Assembly (NCBI GenBank): GCA_000025185.1
Contig: CP001848.1
Span: 2,370,001 to 2,402,000 of the forward strand
DNA length: 32,000 nucleotides
Reading direction: 5' to 3'
DNA from: Pirellula staleyi DSM 6068
GTDB lineage: Bacteria > Planctomycetota > Planctomycetia > Pirellulales > Pirellulaceae
Made by a program: the position numbers and the translations under genes. The notes under the pieces are model-generated. The model made no database searches, was not told the origin of the DNA, and was given only the letters and a program-made list of their open reading frames with translations. This document shows positions 6,405 to 15,349 of this stretch, in pieces. Each line of letters begins with the position of its first letter. The stretch's first letter is position 1.

Positions 6405-7949
6405 TTAGAGGCCGAGGAGGGGGACGGGGACGAGGAAGGCGTGCTGTTCGAGCAAACTCGCGGCGCCGTGCCAGCTGGTGAACTGCGTGATGAAGACGAT
6501 CAGCACGTACCACAGCACGATCGGAATCGCGGCCAGGCGGGCCATCCAGCGGACGAGGAAAAAGCGGGGCTGTTCTCGTTTTTCGGCCCGTCCGACTGCC
6601 CATCCGGTGAGGAGTCGCGCGGGGTAGATGAAGACCACAAACACCAGGCTCGGTAGCCAGGTGAGCTCGCGCGGGGTGTATTCGATCGTCAGCAAGTAGA
6701 GCGGAATGGCAAACAGGAGCGTGATGGCCAGCGAGAGCCAAAACGCAATGGGTGCGCGGCGAAACTGCTGCCGGACGAGCCGCAGATCAAACACGGTCCA
6801 GAAGCGATTGGTCGCGGCCAGGTTGGTTTGCAGGAACGGCAGGTAGAGGACCACGGTGGCCATCAGCAGCGCGCCGAGCCATCCGAGCAGAAAACCGGCG
6901 ACGCTCGGAAGCGTGGTGCCGGCCATCATCAGCAGGCCGGGTATTGCCAGCCACGCCAGTGCGCCGAGAAAGCCTTTGAGTCCCAGCATGAAGTAGTGTG
7001 GCAATTCGAGCGCGCGGACAAAATCCCACACGCTGTCACGGGCTTCTGCATAAACCTTGCCGCGCCACAGTCCGCTCCACAAAATCGCTGGCGGAAACCA
7101 CTCCGAGAGGGGCCGGGGGACATACAGGTCGGCGGCGAGATGGGGGGAGAGGTACTCGACAGCGGGGCGGACCAGCGGGCCGACAATGCCCCCAAACATC
7201 AGCCGCATGCCGAGCTGAAACGGCGCGAGGAGTGGCCAGAAGAAGTGTCGCAGCCGACCGCCGCTGTACCACGCCAGCACGATGTGCCCGACCATCAGCA
7301 CGGTGGCGACGAGCAGGCCCAAACGCCACGCGCGGGTGGCGGGGCCATCGGGATCGATCAGCGCGGCGGAATAGGCCAGGTCTGACAAAAATCGCAGCGG
7401 CAGCAGCATCAGCCACGTCCCGGCCACCACACTGCCGATGCGGGCAAACAGATGGGTGTCGATGAAGCCATCGCGGAGCTTACCAGTCCGGGCGACCCGT
7501 CCACTCGCTTCCAGCAGGTAGCCGAGGCTGACAAACTGCACGACCGGAATGGCTGATGCAAACGCGAGGAAGACCACCACGCTCGCCACGCCGAAGAGGG
7601 ATTCGAGCCCAAAACAGAGGCCGTACCAGATCTTCATTGGCCAGCTTTTCGGCCAGATCAGCTGAATCGGCCCGACCGCCTCGGCGACAATCGCCCCAGG
7701 CAGTTTTTCGGGAGGGCTCTTTTCGCTAACGAGTGCCGATTCGACCGCGATTGGCTCGACAATCTCTTCGGGGGTAACTTCATCGGGGCCCGAGCTTTTG
7801 TCGGTGGCCGACTCGTCGTCCAGGAGATCGATGGCCAGGAAGGGGAGCTGTTTGGGGGGAGTCGCTGGCGGGCCGACGAGTTCGGCTTCCAGCGCGCGGT
7901 CGAGCACCTGCTCGATAGCATCGTCGGTGGAACGTCGCGAACCGCTCAT
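6405..7949 (-). CDS. polytopic inner-membrane protein of unknown function (514 aa, about 10 or more TM helices, acidic N-terminal domain)
   Basis: Long hydrophobic ORF. Start moved to the ATG at 7949 (MSGSRRSTDD...) because the upstream 116 aa of the track ORF look non-coding. The GYLLEASGRVAR motif after a TM pair is reminiscent of DUF4013-type proteins, which is unverified. Confidence 0.75.
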   Translation of the reverse strand: MSGSRRSTDDAIEQVLDRALEAELVGPPATPPKQLPFLAIDLLDDESATDKSSGPDEVTPEEIVEPIAVESALVSEKSPPEKLPGAIVAEAVGPIQLIWPKSWPMKIWYGLCFGLESLFGVASVVVFLAFASAIPVVQFVSLGYLLEASGRVARTGKLRDGFIDTHLFARIGSVVAGTWLMLLPLRFLSDLAYSAALIDPDGPATRAWRLGLLVATVLMVGHIVLAWYSGGRLRHFFWPLLAPFQLGMRLMFGGIVGPLVRPAVEYLSPHLAADLYVPRPLSEWFPPAILWSGLWRGKVYAEARDSVWDFVRALELPHYFMLGLKGFLGALAWLAIPGLLMMAGTTLPSVAGFLLGWLGALLMATVVLYLPFLQTNLAATNRFWTVFDLRLVRQQFRRAPIAFWLSLAITLLFAIPLYLLTIEYTPRELTWLPSLVFVVFIYPARLLTGWAVGRAEKREQPRFFLVRWMARLAAIPIVLWYVLIVFITQFTSWHGAASLLEQHAFLVPVPLLGL

Positions 7950-8280
7950 CTCGGCCTCTCTTCCAGTTTCCGCCTCGCATCCCCCACGATAGCAGCCCTT
8001 GGAGCTGCACCCAAGCAAATGGGGCTCCGCCAAGTCGTCACGAACCAATACCTGGCGCAATCGCAGCAAGTTCCAAGGTTTTTGTCCAAAGTTTTTGGCA
8101 ATCTGGAGCTGCTGGGCGGGCCTTGCGGAGGGAGAAAGCGGGTGGCTCGATGAAGATTCTCGCTTTGGAAACTTCCGCGTCACTTGGTGGGTAATGTATT
8201 CGTCGCGAGCGAGGCAATTGTCGTAAGATACACGGCGGTCAGCGGTTCCATCGTCAAGCCACACGGGTGAGGTCCCTCCC

Positions 8281-10047
8281 ATGCTTTGGGCACGCAACCT
8301 ACTGTTTGTCGCACTTTGCTTGCTGGGCGTTGCGCTGGTGGGGCGCGAGATTCTCCGTCAGGATCGGATCAGCACGCCGCAGTCGTTTGCCCCCAGCCGA
8401 TTTCAGGTCCGGAGCGTCAGTTCCTCGCAGCCAACAGCAGCCGCTGCCAAGCCGGGAGCCGATTCCTCCGCCGACCCTGCTTCCGCTGCACGCTCGGGGC
8501 GATTTTTCAGCTCGCGCGAGCCTCAAGACTGGGGTGTCGTGCTCGAGCGATTCAATCAAGAGTTCGAGGAGCACTGGAAAAAACAGGGGCTCCAAAAGAC
8601 ACCGACCGCCGACAGTTTCACAATTGCCCGCCGACTCTCGCTGGGGCTAACTGGCACGATTCCATCGCTCGAAGAAGTCCGGGCGCTCGAGCAGGTGGAT
8701 GAGCAGCAGCGGGTGGAATGGTATGTCTCGCGGCTGCTCGAAGATCGCCGCTTTGCCGACTACTGGGCCGAGCGTTTGGCGCGGGTTTATGTCGGCAACG
8801 ATATGGGGCCCTTTTTGGTCTTTCGTCGCCGTCTGTTTGTCACCTGGCTCTCGGAGCATCTAGCCGAGAATAAACCTTATGATGATCTTGTAAGACAATT
8901 GGTTTCTGATAATGGTCTTTGGAATGGTTCGCCCGCAGTTAATTTTGTAACTGCGACGTCGGATCCCAATCGCGATAATCAGCCGGATGAAATTAAACTG
9001 GCTGGTAAAACCGCACGTGCCTTTTTAGGGATGCGGATCGATTGTTTGCAATGTCACGACGATAAGCTTGGGACCATTAATCTCGGCGAACGCCATAATC
9101 CGCATGGTGGTGCTCAGGCCAATTTTCATGAGCTGGCGGCGTTCTTTGGGGAAGCACGCGTTGGTCTCACGGGAGTGCAGAACGACAACAAGCTGAAGTA
9201 TGAGTACAAGTATCTCGACGCCGAGAAGGAAGAACTGATCCCGGCCAAAGTTCCTTTTGCCCAGCATTTGGTCGATGGGCACGGAACTCGCCGCGAGCAG
9301 CTGGCGCGCTGGATCACGCACCCTGAGAACAAAGCGTTTGCCCGGGCGACGGTCAACCGGGTTTGGGCCTTGATGTTTGGCCGGGCGCTGATGGAACCGA
9401 TCGACGACCTGCCCCTCTATGGCAAATATCCTCCGGCGATGGAGCTGCTGGCCGACGACTTTATTGCCCACGGCTATGACCTGCAGCGGATGATTCGGCT
9501 GATCGCTGCGAGCGAGCCGTTTCAGCGCGACAGCCGCGCCGATTTCGAGATTACCGAGAAGCACGACGAGCAGTGGGCTTCGTTCCCGCTCAGCCGACTT
9601 CGCCCCGAACAAGTGGCTGGCTCGCTGGTGCAGTCTGCTTCGGCTTCCACCATCAACGCCGATTCGCATGTGATCGCGCAGCTGGTGAAGTTTTTTCAGA
9701 CGCGCGAGTTTGTCGAGCGTTATGGGGATATGGGGCAAGATGAGTTCACCGATCGGGGTGGGACCATCACTCAGCGGCTCTTGATGATGAACGGCGAGCT
9801 GGTGAAAGAGCGGACGGGCGAGAACATTGTGATGAACGCCGCCACGCGCATGGCGGTGCTTGGTCACAGCGACGAAGCGGCGGTGGAAGCCGCTTATCTG
9901 GCCCTCTTCACGCGCTATCCCGATGGGGACGAGCGGTCGCATTTCGCGGCAAAATTGCAGGGCAAACGAAATCAAGCACGGATCGCGGCGATGGAAGATA
10001 TCTACTGGATTCTGGTCAACAGCACCGAGTTCAGTTGGAACCATTAA
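8281..10047 (+). CDS. DUF1549 + DUF1553 domain protein (planctomycete PSCyt2/PSD1 type)
   Basis: N-terminal signal anchor. RIDCLQCHDDK with CxxCH at 9043-9057 is typical of DUF1549. The C-terminal block ends YWILVNSTEFSWNH, typical of DUF1553. It is immediately followed by its usual DUF1501 partner. Confidence 0.9.
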   Translation: MLWARNLLFVALCLLGVALVGREILRQDRISTPQSFAPSRFQVRSVSSSQPTAAAAKPGADSSADPASAARSGRFFSSREPQDWGVVLERFNQEFEEHWKKQGLQKTPTADSFTIARRLSLGLTGTIPSLEEVRALEQVDEQQRVEWYVSRLLEDRRFADYWAERLARVYVGNDMGPFLVFRRRLFVTWLSEHLAENKPYDDLVRQLVSDNGLWNGSPAVNFVTATSDPNRDNQPDEIKLAGKTARAFLGMRIDCLQCHDDKLGTINLGERHNPHGGAQANFHELAAFFGEARVGLTGVQNDNKLKYEYKYLDAEKEELIPAKVPFAQHLVDGHGTRREQLARWITHPENKAFARATVNRVWALMFGRALMEPIDDLPLYGKYPPAMELLADDFIAHGYDLQRMIRLIAASEPFQRDSRADFEITEKHDEQWASFPLSRLRPEQVAGSLVQSASASTINADSHVIAQLVKFFQTREFVERYGDMGQDEFTDRGGTITQRLLMMNGELVKERTGENIVMNAATRMAVLGHSDEAAVEAAYLALFTRYPDGDERSHFAAKLQGKRNQARIAAMEDIYWILVNSTEFSWNH

Positions 10048-10092
10048 GCCGAGTTGTTTTTCGCGTTTCACCATTTTCCTAGTTGGTGGCTT

Positions 10093-11409
10093 ATGTGCAC
10101 TCCTCACGACGTCGCTTGTGGTTCCAGTGATCATCTTTCGCGGCGTTCGCTCCTGAAGGTCGCCGGATTGGGTGGGCTCACCTGGCTGACACCACTTGCC
10201 GAGCGACTGGCCCTAGCGCATGCCGCTGGCGATCCGAAAGCACCTGCCCAAAGTGTGATTGTTCTGTGGATGCAAGGGGGACCGAGTCAGTTCGAAACCT
10301 TCGACCCACATCCCGGTACGAAGATTGGCGGCAGCACCAAAGCGATTAAGACAGCGGCGAAAGGAATCGAGATTGCCGATGGTCTTGAGCAACTGGCCGA
10401 TCAGATGCAGCACGTTTCGCTCGTGCGCTCGATTGTGAGTAAAGAAGGGGATCACGAGCGAGCCACTTACACGGTGAAAACGGGTTGGCGTCCCGATCCG
10501 ACGGTGGTGCATCCTTCGCTCGGCGCGGTTGTTTGTCATCAGCTTTCGGACAAGGTTGAAATCCCGCGGCACATCAGCATCCTCCCCAACACGTTCAGTG
10601 CGCGTGGTGGCTATCTGGGGGATCAGTTCGACGCGTTCCGCTGTCCCGATCCCATCAACACCATCCCCGATGTGATTCCTCGCGTGGAGAACGATCGCTA
10701 TCTCGCGCGGATGAGCGATTTGCAATCGGTGGTGGAAGGGAAGTTTGCTCGCGGCCGGCTGAAAGATCTCGATCAAAAGCGGACACTTCATGCCACGGCA
10801 ATTGAGGGGGCCCGGAAAATGATGACCTCCGAGCAGCTCAAGGCATTTAATGTGAAAGATGCCCCTCAAGCCTTACAAGAGGAGTTTGGAGATACTCCGT
10901 TTGGCCGAAGTTGTTTGGCTGCCTTACAGCTGGTGGAAGTTGGGGTCCGTTGTATTGAGATCACGCTCGACGGCTGGGATACGCATGCCAATAATTATAA
11001 CTTTTGCATGAACAACAAAAAGATATTAGATCCTGCTTTCGCCTCGCTCCTGAAACATTTAGGAGAGCGCAAGCTGCTGGATAAAACACTTGTGTTATGT
11101 GGCGGCGAGTTTGGGCGGACACCGCAGATTAATCCGGCGGAAGGACGCGATCATTGGCCGCATGGATTTAGCCTGGCGATTGCCGGGGGTGGAATTGCCG
11201 GTGGACGTGTGATCGGAGAGACCGCCCCGGAGCCCAAACTCGACGAAAAAGATCGTTTGAAGGATGTCGCCCGGCCGGTGGAGGTGGAAGATATCCACGC
11301 CACGGTTCTGTCGGCTTTGGGAATTGATTATGCCCAGGAACTCGAGACCCCCATCGGCCGCCCCATGGCACTCTCGAAGGGGAAAGTGATCCAGGAACTG
11401 ATTGCCTAG
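10093..11409 (+). CDS. DUF1501 domain protein (sulfatase/alkaline-phosphatase-like, Tat-exported)
   Basis: Twin-arginine motif SRRSLLKVAGLGG. Conserved blocks GGPSQFETFDPHPG, GWDTH and GGEFGRTPQIN...GRDHWP are present. Start set at the ATG at 10093 inside the track ORF. Confidence 0.9.
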   Translation: MCTPHDVACGSSDHLSRRSLLKVAGLGGLTWLTPLAERLALAHAAGDPKAPAQSVIVLWMQGGPSQFETFDPHPGTKIGGSTKAIKTAAKGIEIADGLEQLADQMQHVSLVRSIVSKEGDHERATYTVKTGWRPDPTVVHPSLGAVVCHQLSDKVEIPRHISILPNTFSARGGYLGDQFDAFRCPDPINTIPDVIPRVENDRYLARMSDLQSVVEGKFARGRLKDLDQKRTLHATAIEGARKMMTSEQLKAFNVKDAPQALQEEFGDTPFGRSCLAALQLVEVGVRCIEITLDGWDTHANNYNFCMNNKKILDPAFASLLKHLGERKLLDKTLVLCGGEFGRTPQINPAEGRDHWPHGFSLAIAGGGIAGGRVIGETAPEPKLDEKDRLKDVARPVEVEDIHATVLSALGIDYAQELETPIGRPMALSKGKVIQELIA

Positions 11410-11438
11410 CTCGCCCGGTGAAGGGTTGGATCTTCTCT

Positions 11439-11490
11439 GGGTGCCATGCTTGTCCGGTGAAGTGCGCAGCACGGAGCCAGGACAAGCATG
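11439..11490 (+). repeat. family A-long palindromic element
   Basis: GGGTGC-CATGCTTGTCC-(24-nt loop)-GGACAAGCATG with a perfect 11-bp stem, 30 nt after the DUF1501 stop. Confidence 0.85.
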
Positions 11491-11514
11491 AGAATGGCGA
11501 GCGTTTGCTGCACT

Positions 11515-11554
11515 TCGCATGCTCCTCCTGCTGCGCGAGAGGAGCATGGCACCC
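11515..11554 (-). repeat. family A-short palindromic element (reverse)
   Basis: 40/40 match to the reverse complement of 2300-2339. Confidence 0.9.
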
Positions 11555-11657
11555 GGGCTTCAAGGTTGGCATGGCACCCCGACTTCACACTGGCCAGAGG
11601 CCAGTGGCACCCAATGAAATCGTGGCACGCGGCATCACACCGGGAGGACAGTGGCAC
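11547..11657. repeat. array of five TGGCAC(C) motifs, including a family B-like hairpin at 11583-11612
   Basis: TGGCAC at 11547, 11572, 11605, 11623 and 11652. CTTCACACTGGC-cagag-GCCAGTGGCACCC resembles the reverse form of family B. Confidence 0.7.
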
Positions 11658-11929
11658 CTGGAGCACTCTATTCGGGGCCGAGCACCCCGGAAAAACCTTG
11701 CTTGGGCCCGAGCTGGAAGCGCTGGGGCCTACTCTCGCGGCTATCTGCAGGCTCGGGTACGATAAGGGGTCTGTCAGCAAGGCGTGGTGCTGGTCGGGAA
11801 ACCATCGATTCAGGTGGTTTTCGAGCCCGGTTGTCGCACGACCCAGCAGCAGGCCTCTCTCCCGAGTATTCGCCGCTGCCAGGAACTTGCCCGAAGCATG
11901 TGACTTGAAATTCTCTCGCAAGGTGAACG

Positions 11930-14083
11930 ATGGCCGTCGATCCGTATCAGCCCTGTCCCTGTGGCATCGATAAGAAACTGAAGTTCTGCTGTGGCAACGA
12001 GATCGTTGGCGAGTTGGAACGTGTCGAGCAAGCGATCGGTGGCGAGCAGCGGCTGGCTGCGCTCGATCTGATCAATCGCCTGCTGTCGGAGAACAGCAAA
12101 CGTCCCTGCTTGCACATGTACAAAGCGATGGTGCAGATGGGGCTGTCGGAACTCGAAGCCGCCCGCGCCACGGTGCAAGAGATGCTCGCGCTGGGGGAAG
12201 ATAACCCCGCCGCCCAAGCTCTCGCAGCGATGATCGACGCCATCGACGGAGAGCCTCGCAAAGGTATCGCCCGTTTGCAGCGTGCGCTCGAGCTTGAGCA
12301 GGGGAAACTGGTCGACGTCGTTTATCAGGCGATCGGCACCATCGGCCGCGCACTGTATGAGTCGGGCGAAATGCTCGCCGCACGGGCCCACCTGATGTTC
12401 CAGGTGGGAGCCAGCGGAAGTAAAGATCAACAAGCAGTGGAAGGGCTGATCGAACTGCAGTCGTCGGGCCAGATGCCGCTGGTGGCGTATAGCGCCGCCG
12501 ACCTGATGCTTCCCGATGCTGCCGGGCCACTCTCGGCCGCTGGCGTTGCTGCCGTGAACGAATCGCTTCGCGAAGCTGCCATCGGTTGCTGGGCCAAAGC
12601 GATCAAAAAACTAACGGAACTGACCGCTCGCGAAAACGAGCCGATGCTCTGGAAAAACATCGGCGTGCTGCATACCTACCTGGCACAAACCGACGAAGCG
12701 ATTGCCGCATTTCGTAAGTACGTCAGCCTCCCCGGTGTGCCGCGCGATGAAGCGGTCGAAATCGAAGCGCTGGTGCAGTATCTTTCGCCCCCCAGCGATG
12801 TCGATCTCGTTTCGGAGATGACAATCACGTACAGCGTGACCGATGCGCTGGCACTGCAAGAACAGCTCCTCTCGAATCGTCGTCTGCAAGCGATGCCAGT
12901 CGATCCGACGATGTACCGCACGGCGGAAGAACCACCTCCGATGTCGGTCTACATGGTGCTCGATCGCGAGATTCCAGCATCGGCCGAAGGGCTCAAAATC
13001 GAGGCGATTCCTCGCGTTCTCGGCGAATTGTTCCTGTTCGGTAAGCAGACCGATCGGAATGCTCGCGTCGAGTTTGTGACGCTGAAGGACGATCAGTACT
13101 GGAACAAAACGCTGTCGATCGCCGAGGTGCTCGGACGCTTCGGTGGTGGAAAAGAAAGCGAAGAGGGGATCCCCAGCATCAGCAACGTCGGCGCGGCGCT
13201 GATGGTGAATTGGCGGCTTCCCGATGGAACACCGCTCGAGCTGCGCGATGCTTTGGTGGCCGAACATCGTCAGCATCTGATGCTGAAAGTTCTGCCAGAA
13301 ATTCCCCGCAGCGTGCTCGAGGGAAAAACGCTGCGTCAAGCAGCGGCTGAACCTGCGCTGCAGAACCGGGCACTGGCGGCGATCCTGCTCCTCGATCTCG
13401 CCGAGCCTGATGAAAACCCGATCTACAACGAACTGCGTAAATCGCTCGGACTTCCGACAGCCGACCCAATCGACCCGAGTGGCATTCGGCTCGGAACACT
13501 CACTCCGGCACGTTTGGTGCGCGTCGATGTGACGAAGCTCGACGATGCCTCGCTGGTGCAGGCTTATCGTCAATCGATGATGCTCGCCGCTGCTCGGCTG
13601 CTGAAGACGATCGCGGCTGAAGTGATTCGTCGACCTTCGCTCGATGCCGAGCTCGATAAGGCCGAGGTCTACTTCCTGCTGCATCGTACGACGCAGAGCA
13701 TGGATGAGGCGCTCGACTATATCCAGAAGGCACAAGCGGCCGCTTTGGCCACCGGCAAATCGCCAGCCCAGTATCTGCTGGCCGAAGTTCCGCTGCGGGT
13801 GCAGCGCCGCGAACAGCAAGAGTTCGTGCGACTCGTCGACACGATTCGCAGCAAGTACATGAGCGAACCAGGGGTAGCCCAGGCGCTGTATCAAATCCTG
13901 GCTCAGCTGGGACTCGTGCGCCCGCAGGGTGGAATGCCGATGCCCGGTGGCATGCCAGGACCGATGGCTGGCCCGCCACCTGCCGCTGCAGCGCCCGGCT
14001 TGTGGACTCCCGATGCACCTGCCGCTGCTCCGCCCGCTGCAGGTGGCAAGGGAAGCAAGCTCTGGCTGCCGGGGATGGATTAG
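11930..14083 (+). CDS. SEC-C-motif-containing helical/TPR-like protein with a Gly/Met/Pro- and Pro/Ala-rich C-terminus (717 aa)
   Basis: The N-terminus PCPCGIDKKLKFCCG matches the SEC-C zinc-binding motif (CxCx8CC). The rest is long and alpha-helical in composition. The tail is GGMPMPGGMPGPMAGPPPAAAAPG. The antisense 508-aa ORF is Arg/His-rich nonsense. Confidence 0.8.
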   Translation: MAVDPYQPCPCGIDKKLKFCCGNEIVGELERVEQAIGGEQRLAALDLINRLLSENSKRPCLHMYKAMVQMGLSELEAARATVQEMLALGEDNPAAQALAAMIDAIDGEPRKGIARLQRALELEQGKLVDVVYQAIGTIGRALYESGEMLAARAHLMFQVGASGSKDQQAVEGLIELQSSGQMPLVAYSAADLMLPDAAGPLSAAGVAAVNESLREAAIGCWAKAIKKLTELTARENEPMLWKNIGVLHTYLAQTDEAIAAFRKYVSLPGVPRDEAVEIEALVQYLSPPSDVDLVSEMTITYSVTDALALQEQLLSNRRLQAMPVDPTMYRTAEEPPPMSVYMVLDREIPASAEGLKIEAIPRVLGELFLFGKQTDRNARVEFVTLKDDQYWNKTLSIAEVLGRFGGGKESEEGIPSISNVGAALMVNWRLPDGTPLELRDALVAEHRQHLMLKVLPEIPRSVLEGKTLRQAAAEPALQNRALAAILLLDLAEPDENPIYNELRKSLGLPTADPIDPSGIRLGTLTPARLVRVDVTKLDDASLVQAYRQSMMLAAARLLKTIAAEVIRRPSLDAELDKAEVYFLLHRTTQSMDEALDYIQKAQAAALATGKSPAQYLLAEVPLRVQRREQQEFVRLVDTIRSKYMSEPGVAQALYQILAQLGLVRPQGGMPMPGGMPGPMAGPPPAAAAPGLWTPDAPAAAPPAAGGKGSKLWLPGMD

Positions 14084-14191
14084 TGCGAGTCGCACCGACC
14101 GATAGCGTGCGTAGTGCTCGTAATGCAAGCGGAACATGACGAAACAGCCGCTACCAAAAAGTGAGATGCGCTCTAGTCTCGGGAGCCTGCG

Positions 14192-15313
14192 ATGAGTGCG
14201 ATCGACCGAGGATCAGCGGCGAGTGACGAGGCTTTTATGCGCGAAGCGATCGAGCTTGCCGAGCGCGGTCTGGGGCTCGTCGAACCTAATCCGATGGTCG
14301 GATGCGTGATCGTGAGCCCGAGGGGTGAAGTGGTCGGGCGCGGCTGGCACGGACGCTTTGGTGGTCCGCATGCCGAAGTCGAAGCGTTGCAGCAAGCAGG
14401 TGAGCAAGCGCGCGGCAGCACGCTGTATGTCACGCTCGAGCCCTGTTCGCACTTCGGCAAAACACCACCTTGTGCCGATGCGGTGATCGCTGCCGGTGTC
14501 GCGCGGGTGGTGGCTGCGATGACCGATCCGTTCCCGAAAGTGCAGGGGGGTGGCTTTGCCAAGCTCCGCAGCGCAGGGATCGCGGTCGAGTCGGGTGTTT
14601 GCGAAGCAGAAGCTCGCGCACTTTGCGCCCCGTATCTGAAACTCGTCACGCGCGGCATGCCGTGGGTGATTGCCAAATGGGCGATGACACTCGATGGTAA
14701 AATCGCGACCCGCAGCGGCTATAGCCAGTGGATTTCGTGCAGCCAATCGCGCGAACTGGTGCATGGGATTCGGGGACGTGTCGATGGCATTATGGTGGGC
14801 CGCCGAACAGTGGAGCTCGATGATCCGCTCTTAACCGCGCGGCCCCCTGGAAAGCGAACTCCCGCGCGAATTGTGCTCGATTCGCAAGCACGCTTGCAGA
14901 ACAGCACACAGCTGGTGCGCACCGCGCGGCAATCGCCGGTGCTGGTGGTGACCGGCCCGGAAGCGGACGACAAAGAGATTCGCCGCCTCTCGATGGCCGG
15001 ATGCGAAGTGCTGCCGTTTCTCGCAGCGACTCACTTCGAGCGGCTGCTCGAATTGCTCAGCGAACTAGGGCGTCGGCAGATGACCAACATCCTGGTCGAA
15101 GGGGGCGCGAAACTGCTCGGGTCGCTGCTCGACGCGCGACTCGTCGACGAAGTGCATGTCTTTATTGCCCCCAAATTGTTCGGGGGCGAACGTGCCCCAG
15201 GACCAGTGGCAGGAGCAGGGGTCGAGCAAGTCGCCAGCGCTCTCGAGCTACGCAATCTGAAGATCGACCAGATCGGAACCGACCTCTACGTGTCGGGTCG
15301 GCTCCACAAATAA
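14192..15313 (+). CDS. ribD: bifunctional diaminohydroxyphosphoribosylaminopyrimidine deaminase / 5-amino-6-(5-phosphoribosylamino)uracil reductase
   Basis: Deaminase zinc motifs HAEVEAL and LEPCSHFGKTPPCA. Reductase block KWAMTLDGKIA...GIMVGRRTVELDDPLLTAR is also present. Confidence 0.92.
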   Translation: MSAIDRGSAASDEAFMREAIELAERGLGLVEPNPMVGCVIVSPRGEVVGRGWHGRFGGPHAEVEALQQAGEQARGSTLYVTLEPCSHFGKTPPCADAVIAAGVARVVAAMTDPFPKVQGGGFAKLRSAGIAVESGVCEAEARALCAPYLKLVTRGMPWVIAKWAMTLDGKIATRSGYSQWISCSQSRELVHGIRGRVDGIMVGRRTVELDDPLLTARPPGKRTPARIVLDSQARLQNSTQLVRTARQSPVLVVTGPEADDKEIRRLSMAGCEVLPFLAATHFERLLELLSELGRRQMTNILVEGGAKLLGSLLDARLVDEVHVFIAPKLFGGERAPGPVAGAGVEQVASALELRNLKIDQIGTDLYVSGRLHK

Positions 15314-15349
15314 GCTGCTCGCCTGCGAGCGCTACTGCGTGAGCACATT

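Noticed and set aside
6405-8297. Full 630-aa version of the membrane-protein ORF
   Set aside because: The first 116 aa lack coding character and would overlap the divergent promoter region and the start of the 8281 gene. The ATG at 7949, with a purine-rich upstream stretch, is a better start.
11547-11657. TGGCAC motifs as sigma54 -24 boxes (also 2425, 6316, 22823, 22853)
   Set aside because: I checked each site for TGGCAC-N5-TTGCW. Only 2425-2440 (TGGCACCCAGCTAGCA) comes close, and it lies about 540 nt from the next + strand gene. The others lack the -12 GC at the right spacing.
12611-14137. 508-aa ORF antisense to the SEC-C-motif gene; similarly 9025..10134 (-), 3005..3781 (-), 10213..10869 (-)
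   Set aside because: The translations are Arg/His/Gln-rich with no domain signatures. The opposite-strand ORFs carry clear family motifs.
14084-14191. FMN riboswitch upstream of ribD
   Set aside because: Only 108 nt are available and none of the conserved RFN blocks were seen.
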